Below are positions 29,910 to 39,964 of a stretch of 64,000 nucleotides of DNA, piece after piece. The stretch comes from an uncultured Methanoregulaceae archaeon (lineage in GTDB: Archaea; Halobacteriota; Methanomicrobia; Methanomicrobiales; Methanospirillaceae): NCBI GenBank assembly GCA_963841015.1, contig CAWJAX010000002.1, positions 224,001-288,000 on the forward strand, in the 5' to 3' direction. The stretch's first letter is position 1. Every line of letters begins with the position of its first letter. Below the pieces are notes generated by a model, which saw only the letters and a program-made list of their open reading frames with translations, was not told the origin of the DNA and made no database searches. The position numbers and the translations under genes are program-made.

Positions 29910-30482
29910 AGGATCGAGCCGGTAGTCTGGGGAGCAGCAACCTTACCCCTCATTATCCTGATTGCACGGATCGTCGAGACCAGCCTTGAAACGGTCAGGA
30001 CCATCTACATCAACCGCGGACATGCAAATCTTGCCGGCTGGATAGGTATCGTAAAAACCGGTATCTGGCTGCTCTCAACCGGCATTGTCATCACCAACCT
30101 TGGGGATTACTGGAACCTGTTTGCTTATCTTGCCGGGTACGGACTCGGGACCCTGCTTGGTATGCAGATCGAGAACATGATCTCCCTCGGGCATGTGATC
30201 GTCCGGCTTATCACCCCCATGGATCCCCAGCCCCTGATAAGCGAGCTCTCCACGCTTGGGTACGGGATGACCCGGATCGAGGGATCCGGGAGTTTTTCCC
30301 CCGCCGTCTCTATCATCTTCATGATCGTTCCCCGTAAAGAACTCGGACGATTGCTGGGGGTGTTGTCATCCCGGTATCCTGATATTCTCTATACGGTAGA
30401 AGATGTGCGCAACATCAAAGAAGGGGCAAAGATTTTCCACAAGGATACAAAGAGCTGGATCCTGGGATTCTTCGGGTTATAA
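29910..30482 (+). CDS. UPF0316/DUF5698 membrane protein; AGG at expected start
   Basis: Frame of ORF 30162 is open back to 29910: [46 protein letters not shown]. Confidence 0.75.
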   Translation, partial: RIEPVVWGAATLPLIILIARIVETSLETVRTIYINRGHANLAGWIGIVKTGIWLLSTGIVITNLGDYWNLFAYLAGYGLGTLLGMQIENMISLGHVIVRLITPMDPQPLISELSTLGYGMTRIEGSGSFSPAVSIIFMIVPRKELGRLLGVLSSRYPDILYTVEDVRNIKEGAKIFHKDTKSWILGFFGL

Positions 30483-30561
30483 CCTTCTTTTGGTTCATCC
30501 ACATCTCCCCGATCAAAAGGTCTATGTTCCCGCTGTGCTATCACTTCTGGAGGATAAAATC

Positions 30562-31025
30562 ATGGATACCCCCAAAAAAGCAGGGACACTGATACCCATC
30601 TTCAATGCAAGGACCGGGAAGGCTGAAGACGTTCCCCCGGTCATAAAAACCGATGCGGAGTGGAAAGCGCAGCTGACCCCCGAGCAATTTCAGGTTGCAC
30701 GGAAACAGGGTACGGAATACGCATTTACCGGTAAATACCATGCTTTCAAGGAACACGGTACTTATACCTGCATCTGCTGCGGCACCGACCTCTTTTTATC
30801 GGACACCAAGTTTGATTCCGGCACCGGCTGGCCCAGCTTTTTGCTCCCGTATCCGCACTCAATGTCCGTACCCATACCGATACTTCGGGTGGCATGGTGC
30901 GGAATGAAGTGCTCTGTGCCCGGTGCGGGGCACATCTCGGTCATGTCTTTGATGACGGCCCACCCCCGACCGGCAAACGCTACTGCATGAACTCGGCTGC
31001 GCTGGACTTCCATAAGACACCCTGA
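30562..31025 (+). CDS. msrB: Peptide-methionine (R)-S-oxide reductase, apparent frameshift near 30840
   Basis: [29 protein letters not shown]; next frame gives [22 protein letters not shown]. Confidence 0.92.
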
Positions 31026-31095
31026 TCCCCGGGTGCATACCCGGCACAACACTTTTTATGCTGCTCTTCCCATAGCAGAGCAGGTGAATGGATCT

Positions 31096-31662
31096 ATGGG
31101 AAAAATTTCAGCAGGCAGGAATGTGTTCATCTATCCCATGCCGGTTACCTTGCTCGGCACGCTGGTTGACAAAAAACCCGATTTCATGGCGCTGGGGTGG
31201 ATCACCCGCGTGAATGCAAACCCCCCGACTGTTGGCTGCGGGGTCGGGCGGCACCACCATTCAGTACGCGGTATCGAAGAGAACAAAACGTTCAGTATCA
31301 ACTTCCCGTCAGCAGAAATGATGGAGAAGACAGATTTCTGCGGGCTGGTATCAGGAAAGGATGTTGACAAGGCATCGCTCTTTGATGTGTATTACGGGGA
31401 GCTGCAGACAGCCCCGATGATAGCCGAATGTCCGCTCTCCCTGGAATGCCGGTTGCAGGTCACGGTGGAAAATCCCACCAATAATTTTTACATCGGTGAA
31501 ATTATCGCATCCTACACAGAAGAGAAGTATCTCACTGATAAAAAACCGGATATCAGAAAGATCAACCCGCTCCTTCTTACCATGCCGGACAACCGCTACT
31601 GGACCGTGGGTGCATGTGCCGGTGATGCGTGGAATTGCGGAAAAAAACTGGTTCGGAAATAA
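31096..31662 (+). CDS. Flavin reductase family (flavoredoxin-like)
   Basis: YPMPVTLLG, FSINFP, DFCGLVSGK, APMIAECPLSLEC. Confidence 0.88.
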   Translation: MGKISAGRNVFIYPMPVTLLGTLVDKKPDFMALGWITRVNANPPTVGCGVGRHHHSVRGIEENKTFSINFPSAEMMEKTDFCGLVSGKDVDKASLFDVYYGELQTAPMIAECPLSLECRLQVTVENPTNNFYIGEIIASYTEEKYLTDKKPDIRKINPLLLTMPDNRYWTVGACAGDAWNCGKKLVRK

Positions 31663-31680
31663 CCAGCAGGAGCCTGGCAG

Positions 31681-32808
31681 ATGCTCTATCGCCGGATGAA
31701 CCGGACAACAACGAAGCTTTCGATTCTCGGGTTTGGCTGCATGCGGCTGCCCCAGACAGCTGATTGCCGGATCGATGAACCAAAGGCTACAGCGATGGTA
31801 CGGTACGCGATTGATCGCGGTGTTAACTATCTCGACACGGCGTACGTATACCACAACGGCGAGAGCGAACCGTTTCTCGGGAGAGCCCTTGCCGGTGGCT
31901 ACCGTGAAAAAGTGCATCTCGCAACAAAACTCCCCGTGTGGGAGGTTCAGTCCCGGAAGGATATGGATCGGTTTCTCGACGAGCAGCTCTGCCGGCTCAA
32001 TACGGACCATATCGATTTTTACCTGCTCCACGGGCTTGGTCGTACATCGTGGATTAACATGGTCAATCTCAACATCGGGGAATTTCTCGACCAGGCAATT
32101 GCCGATGGCAGGATACGCCACGCCGGATTCTCGTTCCACGATCAAGTACAGGCCTTTAAAGAGATCGTGGATGACTACCCCTGGACCTTTGCCCAGATCC
32201 AGTACAATTACATGGACGAGGAGTACCAGGCAGGCACCGAAGGGCTGAATTATGCTGCCGGGAAAGGGCTCGGGATCGTGATCATGGAACCGCTCCGCGG
32301 CGGGGTGCTGGCCCGGGAGACTGCAGAGACAAAGAAGCTCTGGGCGTCAGGTGGACACTCCCGCCCGGTGGCTGAATGGGGCTTGCGGTGGCTCTGGAAC
32401 CGCCCGGAAATTACCGTTGTGCTCTCCGGCATGAGCACGATGCAGCAGGTAAAGGATAACCTGAGCTCTGCAAACAGAGGTAAACCTTTGTCGCTGACAA
32501 AAGATGATCTTGCAGTATATGAAACCGTGAAAACCTTCTACCGGAGCAGGATGAAAATACCCTGCACGAAGTGCCGGTACTGCATGCCGTGCATGGCCGG
32601 CGTGGAGATCCCGGAGTGCTTTGCCGCTTTTAATGATGCGGCTGTCTTTAGCGATACGGCAGCGGCAAAGTTTTCCTATGATGCCTTCACCGGTTGTGGC
32701 GGTGATGCATCACAGTGCCAGGACTGCGGGGTATGCGAAAGTCTCTGTCCCCAGCATCTCCCGATACGGAAACACTTACAAGAGGTCTCCGCATTGTTCG
32801 GGCACTAA
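31681..32808 (+). CDS. Aldo/keto reductase with C-terminal 4Fe-4S domain
   Basis: LGFGCMRLP, NYLDTAYVY, ATKLP, MEPLRGG; CTKCRYCMPC and CQDCGVCESLCPQ. Confidence 0.92.
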   Translation: MLYRRMNRTTTKLSILGFGCMRLPQTADCRIDEPKATAMVRYAIDRGVNYLDTAYVYHNGESEPFLGRALAGGYREKVHLATKLPVWEVQSRKDMDRFLDEQLCRLNTDHIDFYLLHGLGRTSWINMVNLNIGEFLDQAIADGRIRHAGFSFHDQVQAFKEIVDDYPWTFAQIQYNYMDEEYQAGTEGLNYAAGKGLGIVIMEPLRGGVLARETAETKKLWASGGHSRPVAEWGLRWLWNRPEITVVLSGMSTMQQVKDNLSSANRGKPLSLTKDDLAVYETVKTFYRSRMKIPCTKCRYCMPCMAGVEIPECFAAFNDAAVFSDTAAAKFSYDAFTGCGGDASQCQDCGVCESLCPQHLPIRKHLQEVSALFGH

Positions 32809-32825
32809 CCTATACGAGAAGAACC

Positions 32826-33737
32826 ATGCGCATCGGTTACCCCTGCATCAACCGCTCGATTGGCTGCACTGCTTCCCGCACGTTCCGGCTTGCGTCCTAC
32901 ACTGAAGAGCGGATGAGGGAAACCGTTCACGGGAACCTGGACTGTCTGGAAAAGATCCTCGCTTATAATAGAATGCATGGCATGCTCTTCTTCCGGATCA
33001 CGTCCGATCTCGTGCCGTTTGCCTCGCACCCGGTCTGCACCTTTCCCTGGCAGGAAGAGTTCGCAGGGATGTTTGAAAAAATCGGCGACTACATCCGGCG
33101 ATGCGGATTCCGGATATCCATGCACCCGGACCAGTTCGTCCTCCTCAATGCACCGGACACAGGTATACTTCAGCGCAGCATTAACGATCTCGTGTACCAG
33201 GTGCAGGTGCTTGACCTGATGGGACTTGACAGGTCGGCAAAAGTCCAGGTTCATGTCGGGGGTGTTTATGGCGACAAACCGGCGAGCATCGACCGGTTTG
33301 TGAAACAGTATGACCTGCTCGACACGACTATCAGGGACCGGCTGGTGATTGAGAACGATGAACGGCTATATACCCTGAGTGACTGCCTCGCCATTCACGA
33401 GCGGACCGGTATTCCCGTCATCGCAGACACATTCCACCATTCCCTCTATAATAACGGGGAGCAGTTTACAACCCTGCTCGATCCTGTCCGGAAAACCTGG
33501 AAAGCCTGCGATGGAATTCCGATGGTCGATTACAGCTCGCAGGAACCAGGGAAACGCGTGGGGGCACATGCCCTGCACATCGAAGCAGAAGACTTCCGGC
33601 AGTTCCTGAGGCAAACCAGTCCTGCGGACTTTGACATCATGCTCGAGATCAAGGACAAGGAGAAGAGTGCCCTGGCAGCACTCGGGATTGCCAGGGATGA
33701 TCCACGGCTGGTTACCGGGATTTTGGGCGATGCGTGA
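32826..33737 (+). CDS. uvsE: UV DNA damage endonuclease
   Basis: MRIGYPCIN, FFRITSDLVP, SMHPDQF, VHVGG, LVIENDE, DTFHH, IMLEIKDKE. Confidence 0.93.
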   Translation: MRIGYPCINRSIGCTASRTFRLASYTEERMRETVHGNLDCLEKILAYNRMHGMLFFRITSDLVPFASHPVCTFPWQEEFAGMFEKIGDYIRRCGFRISMHPDQFVLLNAPDTGILQRSINDLVYQVQVLDLMGLDRSAKVQVHVGGVYGDKPASIDRFVKQYDLLDTTIRDRLVIENDERLYTLSDCLAIHERTGIPVIADTFHHSLYNNGEQFTTLLDPVRKTWKACDGIPMVDYSSQEPGKRVGAHALHIEAEDFRQFLRQTSPADFDIMLEIKDKEKSALAALGIARDDPRLVTGILGDA

Positions 33738-33773
33738 GCTTATCAGATCTCCCTGCCTATCGTACAGGCACTC

Positions 33774-34334
33774 ATGGATCTCCTGACCCCGGCCCTTATT
33801 GGAATCGGCCTCTCGATGGACTGTTTTGCCGTGTCGCTTGCCATCGGCACGACCACAAAAACACGGCTCATCTACGCTGCAGCCATCATTGCCCTCTGCT
33901 TTGGTGCATTCCAGGCCGGTATGACGGTTATCGGCTGGGCAGCCGGGGTATCCTTGATCGGGCTCATCTCAGCGTACGATCACTGGATTGCCTTCATTCT
34001 TCTCGCAATTGTTGGCGGGAAAATGATCTGGGAAGGTTTACGGGGAGACGATGATGAAGCACCCATTGAAGTAATCCGGATTATTCCGGTGATCATTCTC
34101 TCGTTTGCCACCAGCATCGATGCCCTGGCCGTTGGCATAAGTTTCGGGGTGCTCCAGACGGCAGTGCTCATCCCGGCGCTCATCATCGGTATCGTCTGTT
34201 TCGGGATCTCCTTTGCCGGGGTCATGCTCGGTGAGCGGCTCGAAACATTCCTTGGCAAAAAAATGGAAATTTTTGGTGGGATTATCCTGATTCTGATCGG
34301 TATCAGAATTCTCACTGAGCACCTGTTTAGCTGA
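33774..34334 (+). CDS. mntP: Manganese efflux pump MntP family
   Basis: GLSMDCFAVS, FQAGM, DHWIAF, ATSIDALAVG, GGIILILIG. Confidence 0.92.
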   Translation: MDLLTPALIGIGLSMDCFAVSLAIGTTTKTRLIYAAAIIALCFGAFQAGMTVIGWAAGVSLIGLISAYDHWIAFILLAIVGGKMIWEGLRGDDDEAPIEVIRIIPVIILSFATSIDALAVGISFGVLQTAVLIPALIIGIVCFGISFAGVMLGERLETFLGKKMEIFGGIILILIGIRILTEHLFS

Positions 34335-34370
34335 GTGATTTGCTCAGGCTTGTACATCGCGAACGATGAA

Positions 34371-34490
34371 GTGGAGGCAATACCTGCCCCCGCTCTTCCG
34401 CCCTGCTCTTTTTGCGAAGATGACACAATACCTTTTCATGAAAATTGCAGTTGGGGGGTGAGATTGACTGGCGTGAACCCGTAGCAAGCG
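34371..34490 (-). repeat. Interspersed hairpin repeat, copy B (degenerate)
   Basis: TACCTGCCCCC..TCCGCCCTGC..GCGAAGATGAC..CCTTTTCA matches the reverse complement of 41104-41175. Confidence 0.5.
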
Positions 34491-34561
34491 TTCATTTTTT
34501 TTACATTTTCTGCGTAAATTACCCTATTCAGATATGATGCCGGATTCTTACCCCTTTATCA

Positions 34562-34618
34562 ATCAATTATGACGAGTGCCGCCGCCCCCGAAGGGGCGCC
34601 CCCGCGGCGGATCAATTA
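34562..34618. repeat. GC-rich nested hairpin bracketed by an 8-bp direct repeat
   Basis: CCGCCG-CCCC-CGAA-GGGG..CGGCGG between ATCAATTA (34562) and ATCAATTA (34611). Confidence 0.45.
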
Positions 34619-34893
34619 CGAAATTTAAAAAAAAACATTCCTACCCGCCGTGCCTCGGAGAGGCCCTGATCCGTGGGTCCTTCGTATAAATGCGATTTTA
34701 TTGTCCGGCGATGAACTCAATCGATTCATCCCTGTTTCTCCAGAGCTGACATGACGAATACTCGTTTTTTCCCAATCCCCGCGATTTAATCACCCTGATA
34801 CTGAAAAAACGTCTCGTATTTCACGAGAAATGTAAGGAAAAAAGAGCGGATGCAAAGATGCATCCGTTGTGTTTTTTGATCTATGAGGACTGA

Positions 34894-35349
34894 TTACCAG
34901 ACCTCAGGAAAGGCCATGTTGGTGTAGATGTCCTCGAGACGGGCCTTGTGTCCGCTCTCCATGTTTGCGAGCTGGGAAAAGAGCAGCTTCTGCTCGGTAT
35001 CGGTTGAGAGATTCGCAAGCTGGGTGTACATCTGCATTGCTTCAAGTTCCTTCTTGATTGACACAACAATGCCGTCGAGAGGTTTCATGTCAGCAGAGAG
35101 TGGCGGGCTTGGCATTGCATTTACTATTTTGTAATCCGCCTTTGCATCAAAGTGCATCTTGGTGACGTCCTTGGTGAGCATTCCCTGTAAAAACTCCCGG
35201 TGCTGTTTCTCCTCTCCAGCGAGTTCGGCGAAGAGTTTTTTGAGTGCCGGATCTTTTACCTTGTCAGCGACGGTTCGGTAAAATGTGTACGCTTCGACTT
35301 CCCTGTCGATAGCAGTTGAAATGATTTTCTTTGCATCTTCTGTCTTCAT
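34894..35349 (-). CDS. Ferritin-like / rubrerythrin family protein
   Basis: AIDREVEAYTFY, LAGEEKQH, KELEAMQMY, MESGH diiron motifs. Confidence 0.9.
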   Translation of the reverse strand: MKTEDAKKIISTAIDREVEAYTFYRTVADKVKDPALKKLFAELAGEEKQHREFLQGMLTKDVTKMHFDAKADYKIVNAMPSPPLSADMKPLDGIVVSIKKELEAMQMYTQLANLSTDTEQKLLFSQLANMESGHKARLEDIYTNMAFPEVW

Positions 35350-35524
35350 GTCTATGCTCCTTTATAACGTAAAATATTACCAATTACCCTATATAAGAAC
35401 ATTGGTTTTGGACCAACGGACACAATTCTTCCGAGAGAATAGTGAACAATGCCTGGTAGTTAAGGAAAAGGAATTCCATCATATCGAAAAAAAGTATGGA
35501 ACAGAGGAAGGAAGGCAGCGTGAA

Positions 35525-36602
35525 TCAATCATTTTCCTTTTTTCTCCAGACATGAATCACCCAGAGTAATGAAACTGCCGTGGCTAGAATAGTGGAGAAA
35601 ACAAGCAACGGAACGTACCACGACTGTTCACCCATCGTCCCTCCCATAACCCCGCTTCCTGCTATAGTCGCAATGGTATTTGGTACCAGCAGTGCCGTAC
35701 CGAGCACAGTAAGATACGCAGTAACCAGTGCAAACCGGTTATTCACGCTCTGGAGCTGGTTATTATAGATACTCTGCATCACTTCAAGCCCGGATGAAAG
35801 CACGTTGGACATCTGCTCCGAGAGGCTCGATGTGACGGTCGATGTTGTCTGATAATATTCCTATCCGTCCAAGAAGTTTCTCGTCGTTTGTGATCAGGTC
35901 AGAGTCCCCGTACCGCAGCGAATCGACCACGTCTTTGGTTGCCCAGAGCACGTTTAAATAATCGATCAGCACGTGCTTCATGCGGTAAATGTCATGGGCG
36001 ATCTTTTTCTTGGCAACGTTTTCTTCGATGAGTGATTTGCTGATAGCATCCCCATGCATCTCGATCTCGCGGAGGTACTCGAAGTTGCGGTCATTATTCT
36101 CATCAATGATCCGTTCCAGGACCATGGTGATTTTGTCCACGAGAGGCGAATCGGTAATTTTTTTGAAAAACTGCGGGGCGTACCGCGAAAACCTCAGGAG
36201 CCGGTTGATCTCTTCGGAGTGGACCGTCAGGATGAAGTTGTCGCGGATAAGGACGAAGAGCGGGTGCACTGACATCTTCTCTGCCCGAACGGTTGCCGAA
36301 GGGAGCATGATGCCCAGCTCAGTGTCATAATCTTCGTACGCCGAATAAAAACCGGTGGTCAGTTTCGGGATTGGGATACGGGAAAAACCAGCAACCTGGG
36401 CGATATTTTCGATCTCTTTGTCATCTTCTTTGGTGCTGCAGTCTATCCAGGCGATACTTGCGTCGCTGATGGCAGTAAGATATTCTCCAAGAGGGCGGTC
36501 CACCAGCCGTTCGATCCTGCCATCCTTAAAGAGGACGATGCAGAAACTTAACGGGATTTGCCCGTTGTCCTGGGATTTTTGCGGGGTTATTTGCATTTTC
36601 AT
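35525..36602 (-). CDS. CorA-like divalent cation transporter, apparent frameshift near 35824
   Basis: Soluble funnel domain (LIRDNFILTVH, ERIIDEN) then LQSVNNR and two C-terminal TMs in a second frame. Confidence 0.75.
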
Positions 36603-36757
36603 GACTGCGCCTCATGAACTCCGGCGGACATTTTTGTGCCGTGTGTCACGGGAGTTATTGATGCCGAAATGGTATATAGGTGGCGGGGTTTTAGGGGTTT
36701 TTTCCCGTTATGACAGGGTGTCGGAATCCTTATTATCCGGTAAGCACCTGACCGGTT

Positions 36758-37363
36758 ATGCATTCTTGCAGGTCATTGATCCTGACAGTAATCATCATCA
36801 TTGTTGTTCTTGCAGGCGGGTGTATCTCATCTGCCCCTTCTTCTCCGGTATCTCCCGCACCATCAAAACCTGCGGACCAGGGTGCATCATCCACAGCTCC
36901 CCCTGGAGCGTTTTCGATTCGGGCTGCTTCCCTTGTACCTGGATCAGTTCTTCCTGATGTCTACACCTGCAAGGGTACAAGCGAATCGCCTGAGGTTACC
37001 TGGGACGGTGTTCCTGCCGGTACAAAAAGTCTTGCCCTTATTCTCGACGATCCCGATGCATCAGGTGGCAGGTTTACCCACTGGCTCGTGTTCAATATTC
37101 CCCCGGACTCCCGTGAGTTACCCCGGGCACAGCCGAATGCAAAAGTGCTTGCCAACGGTGCACAGCAGGGAGCAAACAGCGCAGGTTCACGGGGATATTA
37201 CCCCCCCTGCCCGCCAATCGGGACAACCCACCGGTACGTGTTCAGATTGTATGCCGTTGATATGGACATCACCCAGCCGACAGCAGACCGTGAATCTATT
37301 GACTGGGCACTGACCGGGCATACCCTCGCACAGGCTGAGTTTACCACGACATTCAAACGTTAA
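36758..37363 (+). CDS. YbhB/YbcL (PEBP) family lipoprotein
   Basis: LAGGC; YTCKG..SP, LILDDPDA, FTHW, GYYPPCPP, HRYVFRLYA. Confidence 0.9.
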   Translation: MHSCRSLILTVIIIIVVLAGGCISSAPSSPVSPAPSKPADQGASSTAPPGAFSIRAASLVPGSVLPDVYTCKGTSESPEVTWDGVPAGTKSLALILDDPDASGGRFTHWLVFNIPPDSRELPRAQPNAKVLANGAQQGANSAGSRGYYPPCPPIGTTHRYVFRLYAVDMDITQPTADRESIDWALTGHTLAQAEFTTTFKR

Positions 37364-37404
37364 GGGTTTTTTAGCGCAGGTTAATTCTATCGTGTTTAAA
37401 AAAA

Positions 37405-37538
37405 CCATTGAAAAATGGAGTAAACCTTGCCCGTCCCCCCATTCCGCCCCTCTGCTTAGCGATGATACCGTAGTAACTGTTCTGGGATTATCGTATATGT
37501 CGGGGAACCACAGCGGCGGGGGGAAACCCCCGTGAGCG
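37405..37538 (-). repeat. Interspersed hairpin repeat, copy C
   Basis: Reverse complement CGCTCACGGGGGTTTCCCCCCGCC..ATCATCGCTAAGCAGAGGGGCGGAATGGGGGGACGGGCA matches copies A and D. Confidence 0.8.
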
Positions 37539-37586
37539 TAGAGATTGTTCTTTCGCACTTCTCAAAAGAGTGATCGATTCCGTGTT

Positions 37587-38801
37587 TTACCTCCCGCCCC
37601 GCACCGAGAAGATAAAAACAACCGTGACGGTAATGGCCAGGAGAAAACTCACCAGGAATCCTGTGGTATATCCGACGGCAGTTATGATGATCCCCGTAAT
37701 GAGCGGCCCCGCAGAATGCCCGATGTCCATGGTAGAAGAGAGTGCCCCCATGGAAGCCCCGATCTGCTCTTTATGGGCGATATCTGCGATATAAGCGCTG
37801 GTTGCCGCGGTGGAGAGGGACATCCCGATCCCGAGCGTGGCACTTACCAGGAGAAACAGGGTAAACGATGACACGAGCGGAATTGCGGCGACGGAACAAC
37901 CGAGGATGACAAGCCCTGCAGCGATCTGGATGCGTTTGTCGAAACGGTCAGCGAGTTTCCCAAAGAACGGTTTGGTCCCGGCGATGATCAGGACCTGGAC
38001 AGCAAAGATGATCCCGGTCTGGACGGCTGTGATCCCCCGAGATGCAAGAACGAGCGGAAGGAACGTCTCAAACGCCCCGAACGCAAAATACGTTGCCATA
38101 TCAACAAGAGCCGTGGCACGGAGCCTGGCATGGGAAAAGAACGCTGCAAAACTCTCGCGGAAGCGAGACAACGGGACAAGGCCGGGCAGTGCTGTGCGGT
38201 CATCGCGGTACATGAGTGTCAGGATCAGGACAGGAACAGCTGCAAACGCGGCAACCAGGTAAACAATACGATACGCTGTCAACCCGGGCCAGAACACGAA
38301 ATACGAGATAATTATCCCACCGATAACCGGGGCTATGGTCCTTCCTGTCAGTGTCGCCGATGAGAACTGTCCCAGTATTGCACCTTTGGTATCAGGAAAC
38401 CGTTCTGCGATTACTGCAGAGATAACCGGAACGAGGATTGCAGTGGCGGTGCCGTGGAAGAACCGGACGGGGATAAGCCAGACAGGATCCGTGATGAAAA
38501 GATAGCACAGCGGGGCAGCCAAAAACACCACGCCCGAGGTGATGAGAAGTTTCCTTCTCCCTGAATTATCCGAGAGCACCCCGACCGGAAACGAGAACAG
38601 GATCCCGGCGAGCGGCGAAACTGCTGCAATCAGCCCGATCACTGCATCATCTGCGCCAAGTGCCTGCGAAAAGAGCGATAGTACCGGGTTTTTTGAGATA
38701 GTAGTAGAAAATATCGCAAAGAAACCCAGCAGGAACAGGTACCAGACGATGTTGCGATCCGGGGAGAATTTTTCTTGTGAACTGATTTTCGTGGGGGACA
38801 T
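37587..38801 (-). CDS. MFS transporter
   Basis: ~12 TM; GVLSDNSGRR and GKLADRFDKR motif A copies. Confidence 0.92.
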   Translation of the reverse strand: MSPTKISSQEKFSPDRNIVWYLFLLGFFAIFSTTISKNPVLSLFSQALGADDAVIGLIAAVSPLAGILFSFPVGVLSDNSGRRKLLITSGVVFLAAPLCYLFITDPVWLIPVRFFHGTATAILVPVISAVIAERFPDTKGAILGQFSSATLTGRTIAPVIGGIIISYFVFWPGLTAYRIVYLVAAFAAVPVLILTLMYRDDRTALPGLVPLSRFRESFAAFFSHARLRATALVDMATYFAFGAFETFLPLVLASRGITAVQTGIIFAVQVLIIAGTKPFFGKLADRFDKRIQIAAGLVILGCSVAAIPLVSSFTLFLLVSATLGIGMSLSTAATSAYIADIAHKEQIGASMGALSSTMDIGHSAGPLITGIIITAVGYTTGFLVSFLLAITVTVVFIFSVRGGR

Positions 38802-38875
38802 GACATTCCGGTATCGGGAGGTATTTTTAAATTCAGGTTTGCGGATAACGATCAGGATCGAGGGTCATAGTGCAC

Positions 38876-39964
38876 TCATTCCAGGGTTCGCCGGTACGTT
38901 CCAATACCGAGGATAAACATTGCACCGGAAAATATCAGTAATGCAACAAGATCTGTCCAGATGACATCGAGACCCTGCCCGCGGAGAATAATCCCCCGAA
39001 GTGCATCCACTCCGTAATATTCAGGATTAATTACTGTTATCCAGCGCAGCCAGTCAGGCATCCCGATTACCGGATAGAACGCTCCTGAAGTCATAAACAG
39101 GATCAGGTTCAGAAATGCGACTACTGAAGCATACTCCTGCTGGGCGGAGAACCGTGATGCAAAAGATACCACCAGACTAGTGACGCCGATACACGCGATG
39201 AGGATCACCAGAATCACCAGCAGGAGATTTTGCAGGCCCCGGATTACGATGCCGGTGATCAGGATATCAATCAAAAAAATGGTAAATCCCGCAATAAACG
39301 CTCTCACGGTACCGCTGGAAATAATCCCGGCAATGATGCTTGTGCGCTGCACGGGAGTGACCAGGTAACCCTCGTGGATTCCCGCTTCCCGATCCTTGAT
39401 CAGGGCGATCCCGCCCCCAAACATCGTGGAGGTAAAAATTGCCATCATGATCACACCAACGCCAAAGAACTGCAGGTACGTGATATCCCCGTAAATTTTA
39501 TAGACGATAACCGGATTACCTGCCCCGAGCAGTGCAAGAACCCTGCGCACCGCTGATTCGACAAGAGGGGGGATTATGGTGTTTGAACTGTCAACATACA
39601 GCCGGACTGCATGATCATTGGATATTGCAGACGGAAAAACGACCACTGCAGACAGTTTTCCTTTGGCAAGATCCTCCCTTGCCGTAGTTTCATCGGTGTA
39701 TACCGTGACATCCAGCAGTTTTTCAGCATCTTTCTGGGGGATATGATTAAGCAATACCACCGCCTGGGTAAACAGCTGGGTATCCTCATAGGGCGGCATT
39801 TCCTGGACAGCCCCGACAGGAATATGACTGAGGGTCCCGCCAAATGCATTGCCAAAGATGACCAGATACATGATAGGCATCATCAGGGTCATGATGACCA
39901 CAAACGGGTTACTCAAAAATTTCCGGAAATCCCGTTTGAAGATTGCGACCGCACCCCGGATCAT
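38876..39964 (-). CDS. ABC-2 type exporter permease
   Basis: DREAGIHEGYLVTP, SGAFYPV..MPDWL..INP. Confidence 0.9.
   Translation of the reverse strand: MIRGAVAIFKRDFRKFLSNPFVVIMTLMMPIMYLVIFGNAFGGTLSHIPVGAVQEMPPYEDTQLFTQAVVLLNHIPQKDAEKLLDVTVYTDETTAREDLAKGKLSAVVVFPSAISNDHAVRLYVDSSNTIIPPLVESAVRRVLALLGAGNPVIVYKIYGDITYLQFFGVGVIMMAIFTSTMFGGGIALIKDREAGIHEGYLVTPVQRTSIIAGIISSGTVRAFIAGFTIFLIDILITGIVIRGLQNLLLVILVILIACIGVTSLVVSFASRFSAQQEYASVVAFLNLILFMTSGAFYPVIGMPDWLRWITVINPEYYGVDALRGIILRGQGLDVIWTDLVALLIFSGAMFILGIGTYRRTLE

Noticed and set aside
30835-30842. Programmed ribosomal frameshifting in msrB and other split genes
   Set aside because: No shared slippery heptamer or stimulator; unrelated genes are affected; pattern fits sequencing error
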